Shown: piece after piece, positions 27,176 through 37,503 of the stretch
Position numbering within the stretch: the stretch's first letter is position 1
Layout of the letters: each line of letters opens with the position of its first letter
From: a bacterium
GTDB lineage: Bacteria > Zhuqueibacterota > Zhuqueibacteria > Residuimicrobiales > Krinioviventaceae
Direction of reading: 5' to 3'
Length of the DNA: 64,000 bases
Assembly (NCBI GenBank): GCA_963675755.2
Contig: CAXXMD010000003.1
Coordinates: 2,624,001-2,688,000 of the forward strand
Made by a program: the position numbers and the translations under genes
Notes under the pieces: generated by a model
What the model saw: only the letters and a program-made list of their open reading frames with translations
Databases searched by the model: none
What the model was told of the DNA's origin: nothing

Positions 27176-28219
27176 TTATTTAACGATTGGGGTTAAAACA
27201 ATATTGCGGTACGAGACTTTGCCGTGGTCGCCCTGCAGGTAAATGGGACCGGGGACAAACTCGTTGGGTGTCATGGCACCACCGGTGCATCCGTAAACCG
27301 GAGCATTATCGATTATCTTGGTTCCGTTCAAGAGCACTGTCAGGTGGCGGTCACACAGGGTAATGTCAAAAGTCTGCCATTCGCCGGCTGGTTTTTCAGC
27401 AGCCACGGATGGCGTAATGCGACTATAGAGTCCACCCATATTGTGAGAATCCAGGTCTTTACCATAGCTGTCAACAACCTGTACTTCGTAAATACCACGC
27501 AGATAAACACCACTGTTACTGTGCGCGGGCACATTAACCTCGAGTTTCAAATTAAAGTCTTCAAATTCTGCTTCGGTACGCAGGTTTCCGTAACGGATAT
27601 GGGGTTCGCCTTCTTTTTGAACCGGATCGTTTACCAGTGTTCCATCTACAACTTTCCATCCACTGGTCTTTTCTTCTTCCATGAGTTTCCAACCTGAAAG
27701 ATCTTTGCCATTAAACAGGGTAACCGGTTCACCGAATTTCAATGCGCTGAGTTTTGGAGCTTTACCGGGAGCAGGATTACGTTTACCGGTAAACTCGACG
27801 ATGTTGGCTCCAAATCCATTTCTGGAAGATTCGTACATGCGTCCAATGATTTCATCATTACCATTCAGTTTCAGTTCAATACGGTCAATGAGTTTTTGGC
27901 GTACAGTAACATTGCCGTCTTTGTCTTTTTGACGATCTGCATCTCTGGTTCGCCAAACGATACACATATCGTCCATGATTACCGGTTTTTCATCACGTTT
28001 TACCACGCTGCCGCCATACCACAACAGATCGGCTACAGGGTATTCATTACCATCCATGTCGGTTTCAATATGCAAATCTAACCAGCCGGCACCGCCCGGC
28101 AGATAAAGTGCCCATTGTCCAAAGAATTGATTGGTAGATTCCTGTTTGCATCCTGCGGATAAAGAGATGATCAGGGTTACAAGTACCGCAGAGATTGCGT
28201 AAGTCCAGATTTTCTTCAT
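27176..28219 (-). CDS. DUF1080 domain lipoprotein
   Basis: SAGC lipobox; LFNGKDLSGW, NSGVYLRG, GPIYLQGDH. Confidence 0.85.
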   Translation of the reverse strand: MKKIWTYAISAVLVTLIISLSAGCKQESTNQFFGQWALYLPGGAGWLDLHIETDMDGNEYPVADLLWYGGSVVKRDEKPVIMDDMCIVWRTRDADRQKDKDGNVTVRQKLIDRIELKLNGNDEIIGRMYESSRNGFGANIVEFTGKRNPAPGKAPKLSALKFGEPVTLFNGKDLSGWKLMEEEKTSGWKVVDGTLVNDPVQKEGEPHIRYGNLRTEAEFEDFNLKLEVNVPAHSNSGVYLRGIYEVQVVDSYGKDLDSHNMGGLYSRITPSVAAEKPAGEWQTFDITLCDRHLTVLLNGTKIIDNAPVYGCTGGAMTPNEFVPGPIYLQGDHGKVSYRNIVLTPIVK

Positions 28220-28258
28220 GTTTTACTCCGAATTAAGAATTTATGATTAATACAATTG

Positions 28259-29617
28259 TTACAAGCTCCAGCCTTCCCGATAGGTTTTGTGCAGATATGC
28301 ATTTGCTTCGGGCAGGTTTGAGAATTGCTGTGTAATAGGATCCCATTTCAAGACCTGACGATCCAGCTTTTCGCGCAGATCCATTTGCAGGGCAATGTTA
28401 CCCATCAAGACAACCTCGGTAAGAGGACCAGCCCAATCAAAATTGGAACCGGCGGGTTCTCCACCTTTTAGTGCGTTTATCCATTCCAAATGATGGCCGG
28501 GTGAGCGGGGCAGATATTTTTCAGGGGGTACATATGCATTGCGCAGAGATTCCGGCAGAATCAGATTGTTGAGGATCTTGCCTTTTTCGCCCACATAGAG
28601 GATGCCATTGTCACCCATTTGCAGACCTTCTGCCAGTTCTTCAATTCTATCGGGACGCAGACCGCCGTCGTACCATTTCAGGGTAAGGGGTGGTAAATCA
28701 TCACGAGCAGGGAACTGATATGTTACTATCGATCCTGAGGGATATGTTTCTTTATTTACAAGTGTGGAAACGGCTTGAACGCTTTCCGGGTAGCCCAGTT
28801 TGAGGGCACGGAACGGGGCATCCAGACTGTGGCAGGCAATATCGCCTATTGCGCCGGTACCAAAATCCCACCAGCCGCGCCATTGGTGCGGGTGATACGC
28901 GGGATGATAGGGGCGCATGGGAGCGGGGCCAATCCACAAGTCCCAGTTGATACTATCGGGAACAGCCGGTGTATCTGTGGGGCGCTCAACGCCCTGGGGC
29001 CAGTATGTATCGGTTAATCCTTTGTTGGGGCGGTCGGTCCAGACATGAAGTTCAGTGACTTTACCGATAACGCCATCCCATATAATTTCCTGAATACGTC
29101 GGGTTTCTTCGCTTGCTTGTCCGTGGTTACCCATCTGAGTCGCTACTTTATATTGGCGAGCCGCACGTGCCAATGCACGAGCTTCATATACAGTATGAGT
29201 GAGGGGCTTTTCCGTAAAAACACCTTTACCGCGTCTGATAACTTCCATTGAAGTTATTGCATGGTTGTGATCGGGAGTTGCAACAATAACTCCGTCAATT
29301 TCAGGGTGTTTGTCCAGCATGACACGATAATCCTGATATACTTTGGCATTGGGGTATCTTTCGGATTGCTCTTTAGTCCTTGCAAGGTCAACATCGCAAA
29401 GCCCAACAATGTTGGCATGTTCTTCAACTTTTTTTAAATCATGGAATCCCTGGCCGCCAACACCTATACCTGCGATATTGGGTTTGTCGCTTGGGGATGG
29501 CTGGTCAGTTCCACCCAGTACATGACTGGGTACAATGGTAAATGCGGAAACAATAGCGCTTTTGGCTAAAAAATCACGGCGGGTCAATCTGGTAATGTCT
29601 GAATCCGGATTGCTCAT
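28259..29617 (-). CDS. Gfo/Idh/MocA oxidoreductase with Tat signal
   Basis: TRRDFL; GVGGQG, ATPDHNH, EKPL, WRGWWDFGTGAIGD. Confidence 0.9.
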   Translation of the reverse strand: MSNPDSDITRLTRRDFLAKSAIVSAFTIVPSHVLGGTDQPSPSDKPNIAGIGVGGQGFHDLKKVEEHANIVGLCDVDLARTKEQSERYPNAKVYQDYRVMLDKHPEIDGVIVATPDHNHAITSMEVIRRGKGVFTEKPLTHTVYEARALARAARQYKVATQMGNHGQASEETRRIQEIIWDGVIGKVTELHVWTDRPNKGLTDTYWPQGVERPTDTPAVPDSINWDLWIGPAPMRPYHPAYHPHQWRGWWDFGTGAIGDIACHSLDAPFRALKLGYPESVQAVSTLVNKETYPSGSIVTYQFPARDDLPPLTLKWYDGGLRPDRIEELAEGLQMGDNGILYVGEKGKILNNLILPESLRNAYVPPEKYLPRSPGHHLEWINALKGGEPAGSNFDWAGPLTEVVLMGNIALQMDLREKLDRQVLKWDPITQQFSNLPEANAYLHKTYREGWSL

Positions 29618-29758
29618 AACATCACTCCCTTGATTAATTTATAATGAAAGTACATGTGGACAGCAGATGCATGTATATAAAATACAGGTATAAAACATAA
29701 ATATCCACTATTTTATTTTAATTTTTTCAGGAATAATAGGATATTTAAGATGGAAAGA

Positions 29759-29783
29759 GTCAACCAGGTACAAACTGGTTGAC
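29759..29783. repeat. Inverted repeat
   Basis: gtcaaccag-gtacaaa-ctggttgac, perfect 9 bp stem. Confidence 0.55.
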
Positions 29784-29844
29784 CGTGAGAGCGAGTCATA
29801 TATAGATCAAGGTAATCTTTTATATCCTTTAATCAAGGTGATGG

Positions 29845-30216
29845 TTAAATGTGTTGATCAAAAAGGATCGGATTCCCATCCGGATCTATGATGCTAAAGC
29901 TGCCGGGGCCTTCACCGCTTGAATCAACAGGAGATTCGATCTTGATGCCTTTGGATTTTAATTCTTTTTGAATATCTCGAATGTCTGTAAATACACTCAG
30001 GGTGTTGGCACTTTCATCCCATCCCGGATTAAAGGTGAGGATGTTTTTATCAAACATACCCTGAAACAGGCCAATATTGCAGTTTTTATTTTTCATGATG
30101 AGCCAACCCTGGTCTTCATCCCCATGAAATACAATGAAACCCAGCGCTTCGTAAAATTTTTTCGAGACCTTTATATCTTTAACGGTCAGGCTGACTGAGA
30201 ATCCGCCCAGTTCCAT
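29845..30216 (-). CDS. VOC/glyoxalase family protein
   Basis: VKDI..SKKFYEALGF, IGLFQGMF, DPDGNPILFDQH. Confidence 0.88.
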   Translation of the reverse strand: MELGGFSVSLTVKDIKVSKKFYEALGFIVFHGDEDQGWLIMKNKNCNIGLFQGMFDKNILTFNPGWDESANTLSVFTDIRDIQKELKSKGIKIESPVDSSGEGPGSFSIIDPDGNPILFDQHI

Positions 30217-30260
30217 AACGTCCTCCTTTATTCGTATTGTGTTTGATGTGCAAAATAATA

Positions 30261-30288
30261 AAACGAATAAATGGTGGAAGGTATTCCC
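30261..30288 (-). promoter_or_regulatory. Candidate ECF sigma promoter (VOC gene)
   Basis: GGAATA-16 nt-CGTT on the minus strand; motif repeated at 30601-30629. Confidence 0.6.
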
Positions 30289-30334
30289 GCGTGAAAAAAG
30301 GAGATATGAATTATTTATCGAATAAAATTAATTG

Positions 30335-30589
30335 TTAATCGTTTGGCAGCGCTTCAAACGCTCTGCGTTTTGATTCAAACCACTTGTTCATTTCATCCGG
30401 ATTTTGCATCATTGTTTGAATGTTCTGCATGGCCTCAAGATGAGCCGGTTCCTGTTTTTTGAACATTTCCATACCGTGCAGTTTGCTCAATTCTGCCATT
30501 TCTTCAAAGGTCTCTGCCTGGAATGCCTTGTCACATGCACCGCCCAGTTGTTGACAAGTCATGGTTTTCATTTTTTCTCCATTGATCAA
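30335..30589 (-). CDS. DUF1059 domain protein
   Basis: MKTMTCQQLGGACD..F.AETFEE...H; true start probably the MKTM Met. Confidence 0.8.
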   Translation of the reverse strand: MINGEKMKTMTCQQLGGACDKAFQAETFEEMAELSKLHGMEMFKKQEPAHLEAMQNIQTMMQNPDEMNKWFESKRRAFEALPND

Positions 30590-30600
30590 TTAAATATATT

Positions 30601-30629
30601 TAACGATCTCATTGGGAGAAGGTATTCCC
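30601..30629 (-). promoter_or_regulatory. Candidate ECF sigma promoter (DUF1059 gene)
   Basis: GGAATA-17 nt-CGTT; gggaataccttc identical to the copy upstream of the VOC gene. Confidence 0.6.
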
Positions 30630-30681
30630 AGGAAGTCGGGAGTTTTTGGTTTTAAATGCGCAAAATTCGTGATGTGAATAT

Positions 30682-30712
30682 AAAAAAATCCTGCTTTAAC
30701 TATATGCAGGAT
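30682..30712 (-). terminator. Probable terminator after the radical SAM gene
   Basis: aatcctgc...gcaggatt stem preceded by an A-run. Confidence 0.5.
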
Positions 30713-30905
30713 TCTATTAATTTTTCTCAATAGCATGGTATCAGAATTTTGCCTTTGATAGGGACAATATTTCCTGTCTTATATTCAGCTCTGCATAGAT
30801 ATACAGAACAAACGGAAAAACTGAGCAGGTGTAGCCGGTAAAAAAGTTAGAGATGAATTGCTATTTTGAGTAATTCTGTTTTGTGATTTTAATATATGTT
30901 TAACC

Positions 30906-31910
30906 TCAGTTATAAAGCGTACAATTGATACATGGAACATCTTGCGGGCTATATTGATCTTTGTTTTTGCTAACCAGAAATTTACGCATTTTAATATATA
31001 ATTCGCTGTTCCATATATCTTCCAGACTGTCTGTCATAATATTGCCATAATAAAATTCTTTTCTTCTCTGTTGATAGAGACAGGGATATACGGTTCCGTC
31101 AGTATCGATAAACATGGTATACCATAGCCAGAAACACTGTGAATACGGTTTTGGGCCCGTATTACAGGGTACGTGTTCTAGATTTGGTTTTATAACATAA
31201 TTGTCAACTTTTGCTTCCAGACAAAAGTTTTTGATTTTATCCATATCTTGTTTGTAATTATCAAATTTTATAGTGTTTACTTTGAGCAAAGGCCATTTTA
31301 AATTGTTTTTCTGTTTGTATTCCATTAAATAGCGGATTGCGTGTTTTACAACATTTATATCTCCACCTACTCGGTATTGCTCATATTGTGATTGCGTCCA
31401 CCCATCCAGCGCTACGGAAACTTCTCCCAGCCCGGCATGTACAAGTTCTTTGATTTTTTCTTCTGTTGCGAGATTAAAGTTGGAGGCGAAATAGGTAAAT
31501 ATATTATCGGAGTATGCTTTTTTTAAAATATCTATAAAATGGGGATTTACCAAAGCTTCTCCAAAGATGTAAAATGAGATTCGTAATGCAGTTTTATGGA
31601 TCTGCTTGTGCATTACAAGGTATTCATCATATGTGATCCATTTTTTATCTGGAATTGGTAATTCCTTTTTGTATTGAACGCAAAGCGGGCATTTTAAATT
31701 ACATATTGCAGCAGCTTCTATTTTGAATATAAAGGGTTTGCACCTGGGTTTTGTTCGTTTTAATTTTTTTTCAACAACTGCTAGAATTACATTGAAAATT
31801 TTGAAAGGTTGTTTTAGTATGGTGAAATGTAATGTTGGAAAGATTACAGATCTCCAGTAATAACTGAATCTGTTGGTGTCGAATTCTTTTTGGTCTAATA
31901 TTTTAGACAT
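30906..31910 (-). CDS. Radical SAM protein with SPASM/twitch domain
   Basis: CNLKCPLC; C...DGTVYPC...GN......EDIWNS...CINC. Confidence 0.85.
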   Translation of the reverse strand: MSKILDQKEFDTNRFSYYWRSVIFPTLHFTILKQPFKIFNVILAVVEKKLKRTKPRCKPFIFKIEAAAICNLKCPLCVQYKKELPIPDKKWITYDEYLVMHKQIHKTALRISFYIFGEALVNPHFIDILKKAYSDNIFTYFASNFNLATEEKIKELVHAGLGEVSVALDGWTQSQYEQYRVGGDINVVKHAIRYLMEYKQKNNLKWPLLKVNTIKFDNYKQDMDKIKNFCLEAKVDNYVIKPNLEHVPCNTGPKPYSQCFWLWYTMFIDTDGTVYPCLYQQRRKEFYYGNIMTDSLEDIWNSELYIKMRKFLVSKNKDQYSPQDVPCINCTLYN

Positions 31911-32058
31911 GCTATATTCCCCTCCATTGAGATTGTGATTCCGGATGATAGATTCTATAACGTATACACTTTATTGTAATATAATTTTTATCTTCAAGAG
32001 GTAATGCTTTGGAACTATTTTTTCTGCCCCTTTATTTATTTACTCGCTAGTATCAGGT

Positions 32059-33333
32059 TCATCCTTTAATCAAGGTTATGTATGCCCATGGTTTCAACTC
32101 GATTTCTAAAGTCTTCCCCTCAATACTGAACGGTTTGTTGCTGAATACCTCAGTATACTCGCCCTTGATCCCGCGGGTGTTTATGGATAGCTTTTGTTTT
32201 TCGGGGGACAGGTTGATGGCAATCAAAGCCGTCTCTTGCTGGAATTTACGAGTAAATAAAAGTATGGGTCCATGAGATTTATAGCTGATCTCACCGGCGT
32301 GCAGGGCCGGGGTTTCTCCATACAACTGCACAAGTTTTTGATAAAATTCCGTGAATGGGCTTTCCTGCCAGGGGATTTCGTCCTTGTCAAAGAATTTCAG
32401 TTTTCTTTTACTTCCCACTTCTTGTCCATTGTAAATTAGAGGCGTTCCGTGCAGCGTAAAACAGAGCACAGCAAAAGCCTTTGCTGCTTTTGTTCCCAAC
32501 CGGGTGACTGCAGGATCCACCCACGAGTTTTCATCGTGATTACTGGTAAAGCGCATGCGCATTGATCCTGCTGGGTATTCAGCTTTTTCCCGTTTCAGCA
32601 TGGGCACAATAGCGGAAACAGGACGTTTGCCTTTGGCAATAGCGTTAAACAGCCAGTAGAGTTTGGTAGAATAGGTCATGTGGAATCCACAGCGGTGCAG
32701 CCAGGGCAGATCAGACTCCGCCAGCATCAATACCGGTTTGATTTTTTGGATTTCAGCAATAGCCTCGCGCCAGAAAAAGTCGGGTACAAAATGCGCAACA
32801 TCGCAGCGATAGCCGTCTATGTCAAATTCGTTAATCCAGTATTTCATCATGTCTGTAATGTATCTGCGTAGTTCAGGCTGATCATAGTCCAGTTTGGCTG
32901 TGTCTGTCCATTCCGGGTGACCCGGGAGAATATCTCCTTTTTTATTATGCTTGTACCATTCCGGATGAGTAGATAGCATATTGCTGTCCCAGGCGGTATG
33001 ATTCACCACCAGATCGAGCATGACTTTCATACCCAGTTTGTGTATTTGTTGGACCAGTTTTTTAAAGTCCGTTTTGCTGCCAAACTCGGGATTGATTCCA
33101 TAATAATCGCTGATTGCATAATAACTGCCGAGTTTGCCTTTGCGGTCTACCTGGCCAATGGGATGGATGGGCATGAACCAGAGAATTTTTACACCCAGCT
33201 TTTGTAATCTGGGCAGGTGTTTGGCAAAAGCCTTGAATGTGCCTTCAGGGGTAAACTGACGTGTGTTTACCTGATATATAACCGCACCGGTGCTCCATGA
33301 AGGGGGCAGTGAGGTTTGGATCGAGTCTTTCAT
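32059..33333 (-). CDS. Alpha-amylase family (GH13) glycosyl hydrolase
   Basis: DLVVNH, DGYRCDVA, LAE, SNHDE conserved regions. Confidence 0.9.
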   Translation of the reverse strand: MKDSIQTSLPPSWSTGAVIYQVNTRQFTPEGTFKAFAKHLPRLQKLGVKILWFMPIHPIGQVDRKGKLGSYYAISDYYGINPEFGSKTDFKKLVQQIHKLGMKVMLDLVVNHTAWDSNMLSTHPEWYKHNKKGDILPGHPEWTDTAKLDYDQPELRRYITDMMKYWINEFDIDGYRCDVAHFVPDFFWREAIAEIQKIKPVLMLAESDLPWLHRCGFHMTYSTKLYWLFNAIAKGKRPVSAIVPMLKREKAEYPAGSMRMRFTSNHDENSWVDPAVTRLGTKAAKAFAVLCFTLHGTPLIYNGQEVGSKRKLKFFDKDEIPWQESPFTEFYQKLVQLYGETPALHAGEISYKSHGPILLFTRKFQQETALIAINLSPEKQKLSINTRGIKGEYTEVFSNKPFSIEGKTLEIELKPWAYITLIKG

Positions 33334-33339
33334 AGATTG

Positions 33340-34164
33340 CTAATCTTTCAGGTTGTTTTCATTCTGGATGCCGGTTACCCATTCTACATCATGTTCACGG
33401 TTATGTTTAATGCATCCCAATTTATAGATACGACATTTATATTCCAGTATTTTTTGTGTTGCCTCTTTCTGTTCAGCACTCAATATACCATTTTTTAAAA
33501 TATTATTCAATGCAATGATACGATATTTATCGAGACTGTGTTGCTGAGAAAGCTGGGGCCAGTCACCAGATTGTTTGACAATCATGCGTTCAGGTATATA
33601 TAAAATCGGTAGTTGAGCGCTAATGCGAAGCCAAATGTCGTAATCTTCGCAGGCGGGCAGAGATTCGTCAAATTTGCCAAGAATCTCAAATACAGATCGA
33701 TGGATAATAACAGAAGATGCACTGATAATGCACAGTGGCAGGCATTTTTCGTAAATATCCCCCGAGTATTTTTGATGGATTTTTTTCTGGTTTTTCCATT
33801 TACCGTTTTTACGCCATTCTTCATCCGTATAACAAATACGATAATCAGGATACTGTTCCAGCTCTTGTACTTGTCGTAATAGCTTTTTACGGTGCCAGAG
33901 GTCATCCGAATCGAGAAACGCGATCCAATCATTCGAGGCGTTTTTAATTCCTGTATTGCGTGCTGCAGAGATGCCGAGGTTTTCCTGGCGAATATAACGG
34001 ATATCTTGAAGAAACGGGGTCAGACGTTTTTCCGTATCGTCTGTTGAACCATCATCAATGACGAGGATTTCATCCGCTTGTCTCTTTTGATTGAGAATGG
34101 ATTCAAGCGCAGCGTATGCAAAATCAGCACGATTAAAAGTTGTAAGAATAGCTGTTATTTTCAT
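33340..34164 (-). CDS. Glycosyltransferase family 2
   Basis: IDDGSTD, ARNTGI, FLDSDD, CEDYDIWLR. Confidence 0.9.
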   Translation of the reverse strand: MKITAILTTFNRADFAYAALESILNQKRQADEILVIDDGSTDDTEKRLTPFLQDIRYIRQENLGISAARNTGIKNASNDWIAFLDSDDLWHRKKLLRQVQELEQYPDYRICYTDEEWRKNGKWKNQKKIHQKYSGDIYEKCLPLCIISASSVIIHRSVFEILGKFDESLPACEDYDIWLRISAQLPILYIPERMIVKQSGDWPQLSQQHSLDKYRIIALNNILKNGILSAEQKEATQKILEYKCRIYKLGCIKHNREHDVEWVTGIQNENNLKD

Positions 34165-34313
34165 TGTACAGTATTGATCGGTTTATGTACCTGTGGGTAC
34201 AATGTTCTAATTGTATTGAATTTGTAACATGTTGTAAAATATATGGTTGTCTATGCTCGGTCGTTTTGGTATTGCTCTTGCTATATATCAAGTATAAGCA
34301 AAAGGAGACAAAA

Positions 34314-34832
34314 ATGAAAACAAAATATCTGATTATTACGTGTTTACTGCTATTGCTGATGGATGTTTCCTCCGCACAAATTCTCAGACCCGGTCGTCGT
34401 CATCCGGCCAGGCGTGCAATACCTCAGGTACAGCAGCCCATGCTGGGAGTTTATGGCGGGCAGAATTTTGAATATGAGCAATCCCTGGCAGGCGCACATT
34501 TGTGGCTGCCAATTGGAGTTTTTTGGAATTTTGTACCGGGATTCAATTATCATTTTACTGATGAGACCGATCCTTTTGAACACTGGCAGTTTAACGGAGA
34601 TCTGGTATTTAAACCACGACCCCGTGGCATGTTTTATTTTGGAGGTGGGTTTGCCGCTGATTACCGTCTACCCAAAGTAGGAGGATCAATGACCAAAATG
34701 GGAGGCAGTGCCCTGACAGGCTTTATGTTTGGACAAAGATTGCCTTTAAAAGTATTTGTACAAGCCAGATGGACCTTTATGGAAGAAGCAGAGTTGAGTG
34801 TGGTGGGCGGTTTAAATCTGGCATTGAGATAA
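34314..34832 (+). CDS. Exported protein, probable small outer-membrane beta-barrel
   Basis: aaggag RBS before ATG 34314; signal peptide; alternating aromatic/Gly strands. Confidence 0.6.
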   Translation: MKTKYLIITCLLLLLMDVSSAQILRPGRRHPARRAIPQVQQPMLGVYGGQNFEYEQSLAGAHLWLPIGVFWNFVPGFNYHFTDETDPFEHWQFNGDLVFKPRPRGMFYFGGGFAADYRLPKVGGSMTKMGGSALTGFMFGQRLPLKVFVQARWTFMEEAELSVVGGLNLALR

Positions 34833-34849
34833 CCCAAACCGGTTATCAG

Positions 34850-34881
34850 AAAAACGCCCGGCAAAAACCGGACGTTTTTTT
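34850..34881. terminator. Bidirectional terminator
   Basis: aaaaacgcccgg...ccggacgttttt between convergent genes. Confidence 0.65.
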
Positions 34882-35704
34882 AATGTGCAAATATAACCAG
34901 AACAAAACTGATTGCCGTAAGAACCGCAAGCAGTATACCAAATTGACGATGGTGCTGGTTTTCCAGTCCCTGTTCGTGAAATCCAACCCACATGGCAGTC
35001 AGGTAACCGCCAATAAATCCACCGGCATGCGCATAATTGTTAACGGCAGACATCATGAACCCAAACATAAACAGGATGATGGCCCACATACCCACTTGGC
35101 GGTAAATGGCTGATCCAAATGTTCCACCGCGTTTACGTCCATAATAAACCAAAGCGCCTAATAATCCAAAAATAGAACCGGATGCACCAATTGTAAAAGC
35201 AATGCCAAACATGAACGATGCAACAAAGCCTACCACACCGGATAGTGTGAAAATGATAAAGGTACGATACGTTCCAAACAGGTCTTCAACCATGGCACCC
35301 AGTTGTCTGAGCCACAACATATTGAAAAGTATATGTAAAATTCCGGAATGTAAATAGATAGCGGTAATAAGCGTCCACCATCGTCCGTGAGCAATGGCGT
35401 ATTGCCCGGTCATGCCCAGTCGGTCCAGTGCTTGTCCACTGGGTGCAAGCAGACCAAAGAGTCCGCGAGTTTGCAATATAGCACCCGGATCAATCAGTAT
35501 CGCGATTATATATAATATAATATTGACAGTTACAATGGTAGAAATCAATCCATTAAAACTGTTCAAAAGTTTGTTGATTGAAGGGCCGTATCCCCACAAG
35601 CCCGGATTTTTTCTTCCGCAATTGTAACATTCTTTGGAATTGGCAGAGATCAGCTTGCCGCAGCTGGGGCAAACCATAGAGCCCGTCTTTTTTCTTTCTA
35701 TCAT
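34880..35704 (-). CDS. Rhomboid intramembrane serine protease with N-terminal zinc ribbon
   Basis: CPSC...CYNC; HILFNM, GASG, AHAGG. Confidence 0.9.
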   Translation of the reverse strand: MIERKKTGSMVCPSCGKLISANSKECYNCGRKNPGLWGYGPSINKLLNSFNGLISTIVTVNIILYIIAILIDPGAILQTRGLFGLLAPSGQALDRLGMTGQYAIAHGRWWTLITAIYLHSGILHILFNMLWLRQLGAMVEDLFGTYRTFIIFTLSGVVGFVASFMFGIAFTIGASGSIFGLLGALVYYGRKRGGTFGSAIYRQVGMWAIILFMFGFMMSAVNNYAHAGGFIGGYLTAMWVGFHEQGLENQHHRQFGILLAVLTAISFVLVIFAH

Positions 35705-35867
35705 TTGATTTTCCTGGTTCCTGTCTTGTCGAATTCATTTTATTTAATATAATAATCCTTAACGATAAAATAAACAAAGAGTTTTAATTAGATATTTCGC
35801 TTGCAAAAACACAAGCGAACCTTTATATTTAGCCATAACAAAGTAATGATTTAATACAGGAATATTT

Positions 35868-36956
35868 ATGAAGATTGGAATTGTAGGTTTGCCGTTGTCC
35901 GGGAAAACGGCCTTGTTTAATGCCCTGACAGGTTCTACGATAGATACCGGCTTTTCAGGTGGTAAAAGTGAAGCACACCAGGCCATTGTACAGGTACCGG
36001 ATGAGCGCATTGAAAAATTGAATGAAATATTTGAACCCAAGAAAAAGACCCCGGCAATTATCGATTATATCGATTTGTCAGGCATGAGTGGATCTGAGCA
36101 AAAAAAAGGCGGATTCAGTGATAGCTTTTTGGGCCAGCTTCGTACAGTAGATGCTATACTTGTGGTACTACGAGCGTTTGAAGATGAAAATATACCCCAT
36201 CCGCAAAATTCAGTCAATCCGGTTCGGGATTATGGAATTGTTGAATCTGAATTTATGTTAAGTGATTTATCGATCATTGAAAACCGTATGCAGCGGTTGC
36301 AAAGACAGCTCAAAGCCAAAAAGAATGATCAGGATGTACGCGAACTGGCACTGCTGGAAAAATGTCAGCAATCCCTTGAAGAAGAAAAGCCATTGCGATC
36401 TTTGGAAATGACCACGGATGAAGAAATGATGGTACGTGGTTACCAGTTTTTGACCCAAAAACCTTTGATTGTTGTGGCCAATATTGGTGAAGATGATATC
36501 GCCAATGAAGAAAAAATCATTGATCCGATCAAAGCCGTTATGGCCGATAGTAAATCAACCATTGTTGCGGTTTCTGCTCAAATTGAGATGGAGATCCAAC
36601 AGTTGTCTGATGAAGAAGCCGAGAGTTTTCGAAATGATCTGGGTATCACCGATTCGGCGATGGAAAAACTGATCCGTACTTCGTATGATTTGCTGGGTTT
36701 GATATCCTTTTTAACTGCCGGCACTGATGAAGTGAGAGCATGGACGATCCGGGACGGAGAATTGGCGCCGCAGGCAGCGGGAGCGATTCATACGGATATT
36801 GAACGCGGTTTTATTCGCGCGGAAATCGTCCATTATGATGATTTTATCAAGCACGGTACTATGGCCAAATGTAAAACCGAAGGTCTGGTGCGGCTGGAAG
36901 GTAAAGAATATGTTGTTAAAGACGGGGATATTATCAATTTCAGGTTTGCGGTATAA
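35868..36956 (+). CDS. ychF: Redox-regulated ATPase YchF
   Basis: GIVGLP.SGKT, VPDER, EVRAWT, IHTDIERGFIRAE, RLEGKEY. Confidence 0.95.
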   Translation: MKIGIVGLPLSGKTALFNALTGSTIDTGFSGGKSEAHQAIVQVPDERIEKLNEIFEPKKKTPAIIDYIDLSGMSGSEQKKGGFSDSFLGQLRTVDAILVVLRAFEDENIPHPQNSVNPVRDYGIVESEFMLSDLSIIENRMQRLQRQLKAKKNDQDVRELALLEKCQQSLEEEKPLRSLEMTTDEEMMVRGYQFLTQKPLIVVANIGEDDIANEEKIIDPIKAVMADSKSTIVAVSAQIEMEIQQLSDEEAESFRNDLGITDSAMEKLIRTSYDLLGLISFLTAGTDEVRAWTIRDGELAPQAAGAIHTDIERGFIRAEIVHYDDFIKHGTMAKCKTEGLVRLEGKEYVVKDGDIINFRFAV

Positions 36957-37503
36957 TAGGTACCCTTGGGGTTTTTCTGTTTTTATAGTAATTTTTTTAT
37001 TTTTTAATTTATCTTGGCCCGCTGAAACAGGCGGGTCTTTGCTTGAAGAGGGCCGCCAGCTTTTTTATAAAAGCGTGGATAAAGAATCGTATATTGATCA
37101 GGCTATTGCTGTATTCGAACAGTTGCAACAGGATCAGGATAACGGCCTTGCTTTAACATATATTGGGGCTTTGACCGCACTTCGCGGCAAGCACGCATTT
37201 CTCCCACAAAACAAGCTAAAATGGACAAACAAGGGACTGGACATTATGGATAAAGGCATTGAAACCAGTCCTGAAAATATTGAAGCATTGTTTATACACA
37301 GTTCTACCTGTTATTATCTGCCTTTTTTCTTTCATCGCGCAGACCAGGCACAGGAGAATTTTAAAAAGATTTTGCAGTTGATGCCTGATCATAGGCAGGA
37401 TTATGATCCAGAGATGATCCAAAATGTTCTCAAGTTCATTCAAGAGAATGGAGAATTGGATGAAAAGGATCAAGAAATGATTGATGGGATGTTGGACCAA
37501 TGA
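36946..37503 (+). CDS. Exported helical (TPR-like) protein at the head of the crt cluster
   Basis: Signal-like segment after a TTG at 36946 (start uncertain); stop overlaps the cyclase ATG. Confidence 0.6.
   Translation: MRYNRYPWGFSVFIVIFLFFNLSWPAETGGSLLEEGRQLFYKSVDKESYIDQAIAVFEQLQQDQDNGLALTYIGALTALRGKHAFLPQNKLKWTNKGLDIMDKGIETSPENIEALFIHSSTCYYLPFFFHRADQAQENFKKILQLMPDHRQDYDPEMIQNVLKFIQENGELDEKDQEMIDGMLDQ

Noticed and set aside
30906-31910. Radical SAM/SPASM gene as a RiPP maturase
   Set aside because: No precursor peptide, RRE domain or transporter nearby; the C-terminal Cys pattern is the short twitch type.
34164-34313. Cys-rich N-terminal extension of the beta-barrel ORF
   Set aside because: This is the divergent promoter region; the RBS supports ATG 34314.
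36799-36945. Long overlap of the next ORF with ychF
   Set aside because: The signal-like segment begins only near the ychF stop; the upstream part is open by chance.
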